Part shown: positions 30,286 through 39,417 of the stretch, in pieces | How the letters are laid out: each line of letters opens with the position of its first letter | Numbering within the stretch: position 1 is the stretch's first letter | The notes under the pieces: model-generated | The model's database searches: none | Seen by the model: the letters and a program-made list of their open reading frames with translations, nothing else | What the model was told of the DNA's origin: nothing | Translations under genes and position numbers: made by a program | Origin: a plasmid | Sequence record: NZ_CP033968.1 | Strand: one strand, 5' to 3' | Length of the DNA stretch: 64,000 nt

Positions 30286-30581
30286 ACCGACTCCTTCGCA
30301 AAGTATGCTGCGGCTTTTTTTAAAATATCGCGCTCCATCTTCAAGCGCGCCACCTCCGCCCGAAGCCGGGCCAGCTCCATCTGCTCCGGGCTGACCGGCT
30401 TCATACCCGCACCAGTCAGCTTGCCTTCCCGCTCCGCCTTGACCCAGTTATGCAGCGTCTGCGCTCTGATGCCCAGGGTCGCGCTAACCACTGCCATGCT
30501 CTGCCCGCTCTTCACCAGCCGTACCGCTTCCAGCTTGAATTCCAGCGTGTACTGCGCCCGCTTTGTCTTGCTTGTCATCAC
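30282..30581 (-). CDS. IS3-family transposase OrfA (HTH)
   Basis: 99 aa; RAQYTLEFKLEAVRLV...LGIRAQTLHNWVK HTH_Tnp_1 plus coiled-coil. Confidence 0.85.
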   Translation of the reverse strand: MMTSKTKRAQYTLEFKLEAVRLVKSGQSMAVVSATLGIRAQTLHNWVKAEREGKLTGAGMKPVSPEQMELARLRAEVARLKMERDILKKAAAYFAKESV

Positions 30582-30636
30582 ATCTCTCCTTGCTTCAGTT
30601 TAACCTCAGCAAGGGATTCGTTTTGCGGGGGCAAGC

Positions 30637-31500
30637 TCAGGCATATAAAATCAGCGCCGTCATCAAGATTCCTACGATGAGCAGAAAGGTGCGTCGCGCA
30701 CGATACCCGGCAAGGTACTCTGGTTCGGAGAGGCCAACTGCTACAGCGAGCGGGTAATCTTTGATCGATCGGAAGGCGATGGCCTGGGTCGTACCGTCCA
30801 CGAAACTGGGACCCCGAAAATTTCCAGCGGTGGAAGACGCCGCAAATGCCCGTCCTAAAGCGCTAGTTAATGGGATTTTCGCGCCGAAGTGCGAGTCCGG
30901 GTACGAGCGTTCTGCCCGTATGATGAAATCCCTTGCACCAAACACCAGTACCTGGCCATGTTCTCCCACTCTCAACTGATCGAACAACTGTATCAGGTAG
31001 GCCGGGTCCAGGGAAACCACTACCACGCCGAGGAAATCGCCCTCACTGTCTTCAATTCGCTTGGATAACTGAATGGATGGTTTGCCGCTCGCGCGGCCAA
31101 TGAGAGGCTCACTGATATACAAGCCGGATGCCGGAGCATTAACGTGCGCGCGAAAATGCGGCCTGTCACTAAGATCAACTGGCTTGAATCCTGGGACGGT
31201 GGAGGCTCGCAAAATGCCACGCTGATCGATTACTGCAACTTGCAGAAATAGGCCTAACTGGACCGCTTTTGCCTGGACATAAGGGACCAAGGCTATATTA
31301 GGCCCAGATTTCAGCACTTCCTGCGTGACCATCCAGGCCAGTTGATCCGCTTGTCGCAGCACACGGGTTGTGTGTGCTGCTAAGAGATCGCTTAGTGCAG
31401 CAGCCCGTTCTTCAGCAGCATCCCGCTCCGAGTCCTGATCCCACATCATGGCCGACGCAAGGGCGACCCACAATGCCAGTACGAGCATCCCTCCCCGTCC
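30637..31500 (-). pseudogene. N-terminal periplasmic sensor domain (Cache-like) plus TM helix of the IS3-split hybrid kinase
   Basis: Signal/TM (MLVLALWVALASAMMW), extracytoplasmic domain of about 250 aa, then a second TM (RTFLLIVGILMTALILYA). Terminates at the IS3 boundary. Start coordinate uncertain. Confidence 0.6.
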
Positions 31501-32219
31501 TAGGGCTCTAAAGTGTTTCTTGTTTAACAATTGATCGTGTGGTCCGCTGGCGGACGGTCGGTGGTGCCAGACTGTTGGCAGTACTTTGAACTTTAGAGTG
31601 ATTTTACTAACAATGCGTGGTGGTGACCAAAACGGTGCGGAGGGCAAAGCAGGACGGGGAGGAAGGGCATAAATCCACTCCAATAGCCGCAAATGATGCA
31701 ACCAAAAGCGTGCCATGAGCGGTGCCGCCCGCGGCCAGAGCAGTATCGCCAGCACCGTGGTGACGTTGAATGTGGCGTCGTTGTCACTGTGCAGCACGGC
31801 TTAGCCGCCATGGCGTCAATACTCTCGGCCTGCGCTGTGTGCGTTTGACCGGATGCGTGGCATAGTCCGCGTCGTCGCGATGAATACCCACCGCGCTTCC
31901 GCGCCGACGTTCCAATTGGTCACAATACCCGCCGGCGAAAACATGAAAATCGCGTCGTCAGTGACGCCCTGAACCAGAATCCGGAACTGCCCCTCTGTTT
32001 CGCGGGTGCCGACCTGGCTAGTGTCTTCTCTACATGTTTGCGCCTACAAGTCCCCCGAAGACTCAGTTCCGGTTTGACGCTTCGGAGAGTTGAACTGTCC
32101 CACTAAACTGCCTGTGTGGTGCAATGTGCATCTACGAGCGCCAGGTTACCGGTAGCGGAACTGTTTCTTGGTAAGTCTTCGAACTACAGCTTCATTCTTA
32201 AGCCCATCGACCGATGTCC

Positions 32220-32809
32220 CTATGCATCGTCGCCTGCCGTTGCGTGGCCCATTTGCACGGTGTGGAACCGCGACTCCGCTTCGCGGAACAGCAACTTAAC
32301 CTTGTCGACGTCCCAGGGCCGTTCGGCCAAGGTCTCATGATCCCACTGACTGCGGGGCTCGGTCGGATGGAAGAAGTCACCACCATAGACGTGGATGGCG
32401 CACGTCATCTTGCCGATCGGATTCAGCACAGAATGGATCGCCTCCCGGTCGAGCACAGCGACGTCGCCCACTCCAAGAGATCTAGCTGTCGTTGCCTCGA
32501 TACCCGATGCCGTCCGCCGCCAGAAGACATTATCCTCGCGTCCCGCATAGATGCCCACTGCCGAGAACATCCGGTGATTGTGGGGCATGAGGCTCATGCA
32601 CGGTGCCCAGACGAAATTGATGACCGTGACCTCGGGCGAGGTGTAGAGCGGTAAGAGGCCGGCGTGTTCCGGCTCGCCGAGCCCGGCGAAGATACCGGCG
32701 CCGTCGGCAACAGCTTCTGCCACCACCTCGCGCACGGCCTGCGAGCCTTCGGCGACGGCCTTGACGCAATCCTCGATGAAGCGGTCCTTATCGAACACGA
32801 TCCTAACCT
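32220..32809 (-). CDS. Cupin-fold thiol dioxygenase-like protein (cysteine dioxygenase type / COG5553 family)
   Basis: 196 aa from GTG 32809 (AGGAGG RBS). His-x-His cupin motif LMPHNHRM plus downstream His (AIHSV). Conserved VINFVWAPCMSLMP and HVYGGDFF strands. Confidence 0.6.
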
Positions 32810-33352
32810 CCTGCGCTGAGTTTTTGGTCCGAGATCGTCCCGCATTCGAACCGCGCGCTCGGAGCGGAATGATGGCATTCCCGCGTTCGTCGATCGGGTA
32901 CGCATATTTGAAAAAGGCGGCCGGGAGCCGTTCCTGTCCTCCAGGAGGGCGACAGCCAAGGCCGAGTTGCAAGAGCAGGCCGGCGGACAGGTTTCGGAGC
33001 CCTGCCTTTGCTCGAACGACTGGGATGCCAGGCCAGCGAACGACAACTCTTGGCTGGGAAGCGGCCTTCGAGGTTCGAAGTGGCCATCGATCTGCGACGA
33101 CACAAGTCCCGGGTCATGCTCGCAGTATAGATGTGCGGGGAGACCAATGGGTTCCGACATGAGCTTTGGCGCGCCGTGATCGATGAGCGCCGCATTGGGG
33201 CAACGGCGGTGCGTACGCCTGTAGGTAGTCGCGCAAGCGCGGCGCTTTGGGCAGTGCGCATGGCGGCGGCGCCCTCCAGCGCAAACCGGCGAGGCCGATC
33301 CATTCGAGGCCGATGGTCCGAGCGATTCACGAACGCCAGGGCCAATACGCGC

Positions 33353-34537
33353 CTACTGTGGCGGGGCGGGCGCGGTGGGTGGTTGAGCTTGTTGCTCGCC
33401 CACGGTGTGCGCATGCCGCCGGTCGTCCTCGGCGTGCAGGTAGATGCCGGTCGTCTCGATCGAGGCGTGCCGCAGGTTCTTCTGAATAAAGCGGATATCG
33501 GTACCCGCGTCGGCCTGGTGCGAAGCCGCGGAATGGCGCAGCCAGTGCGTCGAGGCACGCGCCAGCGTCGCCGCGCCGGCCGGATCGCTCGCCTCCAACA
33601 CGGCGGCCGCCCGCCGGAACACTTCCTTCGCGATCAGATAGACCGCCGTCGGCGTGAGGTGCCGCTGCGCGTCCCCGGCGACGCTCAGGATGGCCGGGCT
33701 CAGGTCACCGGGCCCCGGCATCGGCGGCAGGCCGTGGAACGCGCGATAGCGAGCAAACTCGGCCATCAACGCGTCGCTCACTGGTACCTCGCCCTCGGCG
33801 CCGCCCTTGCCGACAACGTACAGCCACCAGCGCCCGCGCCGCTGGACAAAGTCGGCTGCCTTCGCGTGGGCGGCTTCGCTCGCGCGCAGCGCCGTATGGT
33901 AGAGGAAGCGCATCACCCAGCGGCTGCGCTCGTAATGCTGGCACTCGCGCGGCGTGCCCTGCGGCCAGCCCTCCATCGACGCGAGCACCACCTGCCACAG
34001 CGCATGATCGAGATAGCGCTCGACGCGTCGCGCGCGCGAGCCACGCGTTGAACGGCTGCGGCGCAGGGCAAGCGGATTGCCTGCGAGGTAGCCGGCCGTG
34101 ACAAGGTAGTCCAACAGACCCGAGAGGATGCCGAGCGCTTGACGGCGGCTGCCCTCGGCGAGCGGCCCCCCGAACAGGCGCCGAGCGCCGCCGCGGCGCG
34201 GCAGCGCCGGGTCGATCCAGTCCGCCGTTGGCGCGGCAAGGAAACGTTCGTACAGGAGGAAATCCTCGCGCGTGAGGCTAGAGAGCGGCTTGCCCAACGT
34301 GCGCGTTGCCCAGATGAGCAGCCGTACTACTTCCTTTCGGTAGCTGCGCAGCGTGTGCGGCGAGCTGGCGTACTCGGCAAGCCACAGGCGTACGGCCTCG
34401 ATATCGGTGTCGGCGGCGATCTGGCGGTGGCCGCCGCGCGCGCGGTTGGTACCGTCATGGCCGTCGAGTGCGGCGGGCAGCGCGACGAGCAGAAGCGATT
34501 CGGGGGCTGGGGCAGGCAGGTTCATGGGGTTCCGCAT
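33353..34537 (-). CDS. tnpS: Tyrosine recombinase, TnpS-like (cointegrate resolvase of Tn4651-type transposons)
   Basis: 394 aa; catalytic R...HWLRHSAAS...R..GIYLH (R-H-R-Y tetrad region). Divergent from a TnpT-like gene with a 133-bp palindromic intergenic res-like region. Lies inside the Tn3-family element. Confidence 0.7.
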   Translation of the reverse strand: MRNPMNLPAPAPESLLLVALPAALDGHDGTNRARGGHRQIAADTDIEAVRLWLAEYASSPHTLRSYRKEVVRLLIWATRTLGKPLSSLTREDFLLYERFLAAPTADWIDPALPRRGGARRLFGGPLAEGSRRQALGILSGLLDYLVTAGYLAGNPLALRRSRSTRGSRARRVERYLDHALWQVVLASMEGWPQGTPRECQHYERSRWVMRFLYHTALRASEAAHAKAADFVQRRGRWWLYVVGKGGAEGEVPVSDALMAEFARYRAFHGLPPMPGPGDLSPAILSVAGDAQRHLTPTAVYLIAKEVFRRAAAVLEASDPAGAATLARASTHWLRHSAASHQADAGTDIRFIQKNLRHASIETTGIYLHAEDDRRHAHTVGEQQAQPPTAPAPPQ

Positions 34538-34670
34538 CGTACACCTAGTAACCTTACGATTATGCGCGTTATCGTAAATTTCTACGGCTTGTGATTACAG
34601 ATATAACGTAATACGATCATATACATCAGTCAGATTCACGAAATTCCACCCTCTCAGCCCGCTTCCGCCC
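34538..34670. promoter_or_regulatory. Putative res/recombination site and divergent promoter region between tnpS and tnpT
   Basis: AT-rich segment containing the inverted repeat TTACGAT-N10-ATCGTAA plus additional ACGTAATACGAT half-sites. This position corresponds to the res site in TnpS/TnpT-type transposons. Confidence 0.5.
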
Positions 34671-35618
34671 ATGAGCCGTATCAGCGATACCCGTCTACGC
34701 ACCCGCGACGCCGCCGCGCGCTTGGTTTCCGCGGGCCGGCACCCGCATGAACTCACCGTCGACCTGATCTACGCCGAGATCCGCCAGGGCAGCCGCACCA
34801 CCATCAACGACGAGCTGAAGCTGTGGAAGGACGAGCAGGCGCGCAACGACGCGCTCTCCGCCGCACTGCCGCCAGCAGTCGCCAACGCCATGCTGTCGGT
34901 CTGGGCGTTGGCCGTCGAACAGGGGGAACAGGTCTTCGCGCAGCGCAGCGGGGAGTTTGAGGCCGAAGCGACCGCCGCCATCACGCGCGCCGAATCGCTG
35001 CAGGCCGCCAACACAGGGTTGCAGGCGGAAGTGCAAACGCTTCGCGCCCAGGTTGACGACCTGCAGGCGCGGCTCGCTACCGCGCTGGCCGCTCACGCCC
35101 GGGGCCAAGCCGAACTGGAGGCTGCCATCCGACGGGCCGAAGCCGCCGCGGCTGAGGGCGATGCCGTGCGCGCGCAAGCAGAGCAGGCCTTGCGCGAAGC
35201 GCAGTCCGCCCATGCCCGCGAACTGGAAGCACTGCGGACCGCCCGCGCCGAACACGAGGCCGCCCTGCGGGTGGAGGTCGACCAGGCTACCGCCCGGCTC
35301 GAAGGCGTGCAGAAGCTCGTCATGCTGCAGACCGAGGAAGCGCGCGAAGCCCAGCGTCGCGCGGAAGCTGCCCTTGCGAAGACCCGCCAGCGCAACGAGC
35401 AACTTGTGGCTGACGGGCAGCGGCTCAGCGCCGACGCTGCTGAACACCGCCGGCTGGCCGAACGGCATGAAAAACAGCTCGCCAGTGTCATGGAAGAGAC
35501 GCGCGAACTGCGGCGTGAGCGCGATTCCCTGACCCAACAGGTCGCCCTGCTGCAGGGCCAGCTCAAGGGTCGCGACGAGTCTGCGCCAGCGCGTACAGCC
35601 AGGCGTCGCGCCGGCTGA
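34671..35618 (+). CDS. tnpT: TnpT-like recombination accessory protein (KfrA-N-like DNA-binding head plus Ala/Glu/Arg-rich coiled coil)
   Basis: 315 aa; N-terminal LVSAGRHPHELTVDLIYAEIRQGSRTTINDELKLWK resembles KfrA_N. The remainder is a long alpha-helical AEAR repeat region. Orientation and position match Tn4651 tnpT. Confidence 0.6.
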   Translation: MSRISDTRLRTRDAAARLVSAGRHPHELTVDLIYAEIRQGSRTTINDELKLWKDEQARNDALSAALPPAVANAMLSVWALAVEQGEQVFAQRSGEFEAEATAAITRAESLQAANTGLQAEVQTLRAQVDDLQARLATALAAHARGQAELEAAIRRAEAAAAEGDAVRAQAEQALREAQSAHARELEALRTARAEHEAALRVEVDQATARLEGVQKLVMLQTEEAREAQRRAEAALAKTRQRNEQLVADGQRLSADAAEHRRLAERHEKQLASVMEETRELRRERDSLTQQVALLQGQLKGRDESAPARTARRRAG

Positions 35619-35713
35619 GCCAACAGCGAGCAACGGTTTTCGGACTACCGCGGAGCGCGTCAGCGCCCGCGCTACAATCGGGCCTTCGGTCATCGCCTGC
35701 GGGCGCTGGACCG

Positions 35714-36190
35714 ATGCAGTGCCATGAGCAACCGCCCGACAGGAAACCGAGCCTCATGAACACGAACGAACCACAGCCACCAGCCTGGCAGCCGATCGCT
35801 GCGCTGCCGGTCATTCTGGATCTCGCCGGCGCGCAGATTGATGAGGTACAGGCCACCTTCGACGCCCTGACCCGGTGCCGGTCGCGACCCCATGTGCTTG
35901 ACGACGCCACCCTGGCCCGGACGCGCCAGGTCTACGGCGAACAACGGGATTTTCTGCCGATCCAGCGCGAGCAGGTGGCACGGTGGCGATCCGGGCCGCT
36001 CACACCGCAGGAGCGCGAAGCCCTTGCTCATCTGAGCGCGCGGATCGACCGGCTGGCGGCGCTGCTCGACGATCTGCTCGCGCTGGCAGACGAGCTGTCG
36101 CACGGCACGATCGACCGGATCATGGGCATGAGCGATGCGGACCTTGCCACTGCGGTGTTATCGGGCGCGCTCAGATTGCCGCAACGCTGA
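35714..36190 (+). CDS. TnpC-like small protein upstream of tnpA (possible transposition regulator)
   Basis: About 145-158 aa ORF directly between tnpT and tnpA, co-oriented. No recognisable catalytic motif. Assignment by position only. Confidence 0.35.
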   Translation: MQCHEQPPDRKPSLMNTNEPQPPAWQPIAALPVILDLAGAQIDEVQATFDALTRCRSRPHVLDDATLARTRQVYGEQRDFLPIQREQVARWRSGPLTPQEREALAHLSARIDRLAALLDDLLALADELSHGTIDRIMGMSDADLATAVLSGALRLPQR

Positions 36191-36241
36191 CAGGCGGAAA
36201 ATGCAGCAACGGTACCGGCTGGCTCGATTCGCGCGGCACCT

Positions 36242-39223
36242 ATGAACCAGATTTCCGAAACCGCGTACCCGTTACTGCCAGCGGAGATCACCGCAGACGA
36301 GTTGCGGGCAGTCTACACGCCCAGCGCCGCCGAAATCCGCTTCGTGTATGGCCAGTTCCGGCAAGCGCCAACACGCGTGCTGATTCTGACGCAGCTCAAA
36401 CTGCTTCAGCGTCTGGGATACATGCCGCCAATGTCAGACGTGCCACCCGAAATCGTCGCCCATATTTGCTCGGTGCTCAAGGTCCGATCGCCGCCCCGCA
36501 CGACAATCAAGCGCTATGACAGGTCGGGCAGCAAGTCTCGGCACCAGAAGGTGCTGCGCGAATTTGTCGGCATCCGCGTCGTTGATGCGCTTACCCATGA
36601 ATGGCTTGCTGTCGTCGCGGCCATCGCGGCGCGCACGAAGGCAGAGTTGCCGGACATCATCAACGTTCTGCTCGAAGAGCTCATCAGGCAGCGCTACGAA
36701 CTGCCGCCGCTGGCAACCCTCTCGCGCATTGCGGCTTCCGCCCGCAGCCGGCTTCACGAGACCATCTACCAGGCCTTCTCCGACGCGTTGGACGAACCGC
36801 TCAGAGCCCGCCTCGACGCTCTCTTCAGCAACCGGGCGGGACGCACGCCCTGGGACGAACTGAAGCGGGAACCAAAACGGCCGAGGCCGCGCGAGGTCGC
36901 AAGCTTCCTCAAACACATTCAGGCCTTGAACGAGCTGGCCGACGGCCTACCGCCGCCGCCGGAAATGCTCTCGGTCCCCAAGCGCATGCAACTCGTCCTT
37001 GAAGCACGGGCCCTCGACGTCCATGAGATGCGCATGCTCAAGCCGGCGAAGCGCTACACGCTTGCTGTGCTATTCATCCTCGCGCAGCTGCAGAAGGCAC
37101 TTGATGACGTCGCGGAAATCTTCATCAAGACGGTCCGCAACCTGGAAGGCACGGCGGAACTGCGCATGAAACAGTATCGGCTGGCGCACGCTGACGAGCT
37201 CGAATCGCTCGTCAGTCAGTTTCGCGATGTGCTCCACATCCTGCAAGACGACGAGGCGCCGCCCGCCGAGCGCATTGCGCGCATGAGGGCATCCCTCAAT
37301 GACGATCCCGGCAACGCCCTGAGCCGATGCAACGAGCACATCGCATATACCGGCAATCACGCCATCCCGTTTCTGCTGGCCCCATACAGGAATCTGCGGT
37401 CACTGCTGTTCCAGTGCCTCGATCTCCTGTCACTGCGCTCGAGCTCCCAGGACGATGCCCTGCTCGGCGCGCTCGCTTGGGTCCAGCAATACCGGGCCTC
37501 ACGTCGCGAATACCTGCTGCTGGGCGACGCCGACCTCGCAGAGCTGCCGCTCGACTGGATGCCAGAGAAGTGGGAGAAATTTGTCTTCCCGGACGGGCGG
37601 ACCGCCCGACTGCTGCACCGGAAATATTTCGAGTTATGCGTGTTCAGCCAGCTCAGGCGTGAACTCAACTCCGGGGACGTTTACGTCGAGCACAGCGACC
37701 AGTACGATGATCCCCGCGAACACCAGGTATCGTGGGACGAATTCCGCGAAGAACTGCCGCGCTATGGCGAACTCGTCGACTTCCCGGTCGATAGCCGGGC
37801 CTTCGTCCAGCAACTGAAGGACCAACTCAGCGCACTGGCCGACGAGGTCGACGCTGCCTTTCCGGAGAACGACTACGTCGAGATTGGCGACCAAGGTCTG
37901 ATTCTCCACAAGCTCGAGAAGAAGCCCGACCCGCCAAACAAGATGTTAATCGACCAGGCCATCACGGCGTCGATGCGGCCGGTCAGCATCCTTGACATCC
38001 TGACCGAAACCGAACAGTGGCTCGACCTGCACCGGCTGTTTGGCCCGTTATCCGGCTTCGAGGCGAAGATCGACGAGCCGCGCAAGCGCTTCATCACGAC
38101 GCTGTTCTGCTATGGGTGCAATCTCGGACCGGCGCAGACGGCGCGCTCGGTAAAGAACCTCAGCCGCAAGCAGGTCGCCTGGCTGAATCTGCGCCACGTG
38201 ACCGAAGAGCGCCTGGACAAGGCCATCGTCCGGGTCATCAACGCCTACAACCAGTTTGCGTTGCCGAAGTTCTGGGGTTCCGGAAGCCGAGTTTCGGCCG
38301 ACGGCACGAAATGGAATCTCTACGAGCAAAATCTGCTGTCCGAATATCACATCCGGTACGGCGGCTATGGCGGTATTGGTTACTACCACGTGTCGGACAA
38401 GTACATCGCGCTCTTCAGCCACTTCATTCCGTGTGGCGTGCATGAAGCCGTCTACATCCTCGACGGGCTGATCAAGAATACCTCCGACGTGCAGCCGGAC
38501 ACGGTCCATGGCGATACCCAGGCGCAGAGCGCGCCGGTCTTCGCACTCGCACACCTGCTCGGCATCAAACTAATGCCCCGCATCCGCGACATCAAGGAAC
38601 TGCGCTTCTACAAAGCGGACCGGCGCCGTCGCTACACCAACATCGAATCACTGTTCCGCGGCAACGTCGACTGGGCCCTCATCGAAAGGCACTTGTCGGA
38701 CATGCTGCGCGTCGCCATCTCAATCAAAGCCGGCCGGATGACGCCATCGACGATCCTGCGGCGCCTCGGCTCCGAGAGTGTCAAGAACAAGCTGTATTTC
38801 GCGTTCCGCGAGCTCGGGCGGGTAATCCGCACGCTGTTCCTGCTGCGCTACATCAAGGACCCCGAAATGCGCCGGACGATCCATGCCGCGACGAACAAGA
38901 GCGAACAGTTCAACGATTTTGCGAAATGGCTGATGTTCGGCGGTGACGTCATCGCGGAAAACGTCCGGCACGAACAGCGCAAAGTCATCAAGTACAACCA
39001 GCTCGTCGCGAACATGGTCATCCTCTACAACGTGCAGTGGATGTCGCGCAAACTGAAGGAGTTGCAAATGAAGGGCCATCCTGTCGACGCCGAGGTGCTC
39101 CAGGCGCTGTCGCCTTACCGGAAGGACCACATCAACCGGCTCGGGTCTTATTTGGTGGATCTCCAGCGGAAGGTGCCGCCGCTCGATACGTCGATCGATT
39201 TCGTTTTCGGATCGGCGGCATAG
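36242..39223 (+). CDS. tnpA: Tn3-family transposase TnpA
   Basis: 993 aa; N-terminal DUF4158-like region and C-terminal DDE_Tn3 core (...GSGSRVSADGTKWNLYEQNLLSEYHIRYGGYGGIGYYHVSDKYIALFSHFIPCGVHEAVYILDGL...). The 3' end lies 149 bp from the right terminal repeat. Confidence 0.9.
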   Translation: MNQISETAYPLLPAEITADELRAVYTPSAAEIRFVYGQFRQAPTRVLILTQLKLLQRLGYMPPMSDVPPEIVAHICSVLKVRSPPRTTIKRYDRSGSKSRHQKVLREFVGIRVVDALTHEWLAVVAAIAARTKAELPDIINVLLEELIRQRYELPPLATLSRIAASARSRLHETIYQAFSDALDEPLRARLDALFSNRAGRTPWDELKREPKRPRPREVASFLKHIQALNELADGLPPPPEMLSVPKRMQLVLEARALDVHEMRMLKPAKRYTLAVLFILAQLQKALDDVAEIFIKTVRNLEGTAELRMKQYRLAHADELESLVSQFRDVLHILQDDEAPPAERIARMRASLNDDPGNALSRCNEHIAYTGNHAIPFLLAPYRNLRSLLFQCLDLLSLRSSSQDDALLGALAWVQQYRASRREYLLLGDADLAELPLDWMPEKWEKFVFPDGRTARLLHRKYFELCVFSQLRRELNSGDVYVEHSDQYDDPREHQVSWDEFREELPRYGELVDFPVDSRAFVQQLKDQLSALADEVDAAFPENDYVEIGDQGLILHKLEKKPDPPNKMLIDQAITASMRPVSILDILTETEQWLDLHRLFGPLSGFEAKIDEPRKRFITTLFCYGCNLGPAQTARSVKNLSRKQVAWLNLRHVTEERLDKAIVRVINAYNQFALPKFWGSGSRVSADGTKWNLYEQNLLSEYHIRYGGYGGIGYYHVSDKYIALFSHFIPCGVHEAVYILDGLIKNTSDVQPDTVHGDTQAQSAPVFALAHLLGIKLMPRIRDIKELRFYKADRRRRYTNIESLFRGNVDWALIERHLSDMLRVAISIKAGRMTPSTILRRLGSESVKNKLYFAFRELGRVIRTLFLLRYIKDPEMRRTIHAATNKSEQFNDFAKWLMFGGDVIAENVRHEQRKVIKYNQLVANMVILYNVQWMSRKLKELQMKGHPVDAEVLQALSPYRKDHINRLGSYLVDLQRKVPPLDTSIDFVFGSAA

Positions 39224-39371
39224 AGGAATTCTGGATACCGGGCCGCTCCTGCACGGGGCAGTTCAGCTGCTGACACATCCGTACGCGATAGCTGCGTCAC
39301 GGCTCGGCATCGCCCACACAACCGTGCCTTGGCCCGAGGAAGAGAACCACTTTTACGTTTCGGATCACATA

Positions 39372-39417
39372 CTTAAGGCAACTTTGGCGAAAATTTCACG
39401 AATTCCGGCCGACCCTC
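39372..39417 (-). repeat. Transposon terminal inverted repeat, right
   Basis: Reverse complement matches 23677..23722 (35/35 outer nt identical, inner TTAAG conserved). Followed by the GTTCA direct repeat. Confidence 0.85.

Larger units (their letters stand above)
29361..30633 (-). mobile_element. IS3-family insertion sequence (OrfA/OrfB with A6G slippery site); termini approximate
   Basis: OrfA 30282..30581 (HTH, leucine-zipper) and OrfB 29392..30285 (DDE, DRGSQY) overlap at an AAAAAAAG motif. Imperfect terminal repeats TGTTCCACGAATCCC...GGGATTCGTTTTGCGGGGGCA. Exact ends and TSD not resolved. Confidence 0.75.
23677..39417. mobile_element. Tn3-family transposon, Tn4651/TnpS-TnpT subgroup, about 15.7 kb, inserted in ansB
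   Basis: 46-bp terminal inverted repeats GAGGGTCGGCCGGAATTCGTGAAATTTTCGCCAAAGT....TTAAG at 23677..23722 and, inverted, at 39372..39417 (35 consecutive identical nt). Flanked by the 5-bp direct repeat GTTCA (23672..23676 and 39418..39422). Contains tnpS/res/tnpT/tnpC/tnpA at the right end. The two flanks reconstitute an intact ansB reading frame. Confidence 0.9.

Noticed and set aside
32803-34051. ORFs 32803..33558(-), 33131..34051(+), 33913..34239(-)
   Set aside because: Overlap or sit antisense to the tnpS-like recombinase, or in GC-rich noncoding DNA between the cupin gene and tnpS. No motifs.
34695-35693. 332-aa minus-strand ORF and several nested Ala/Arg-rich ORFs
   Set aside because: Antisense to the TnpT-like coiled-coil gene. 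The repetitive GC-rich codons generate open antisense frames.
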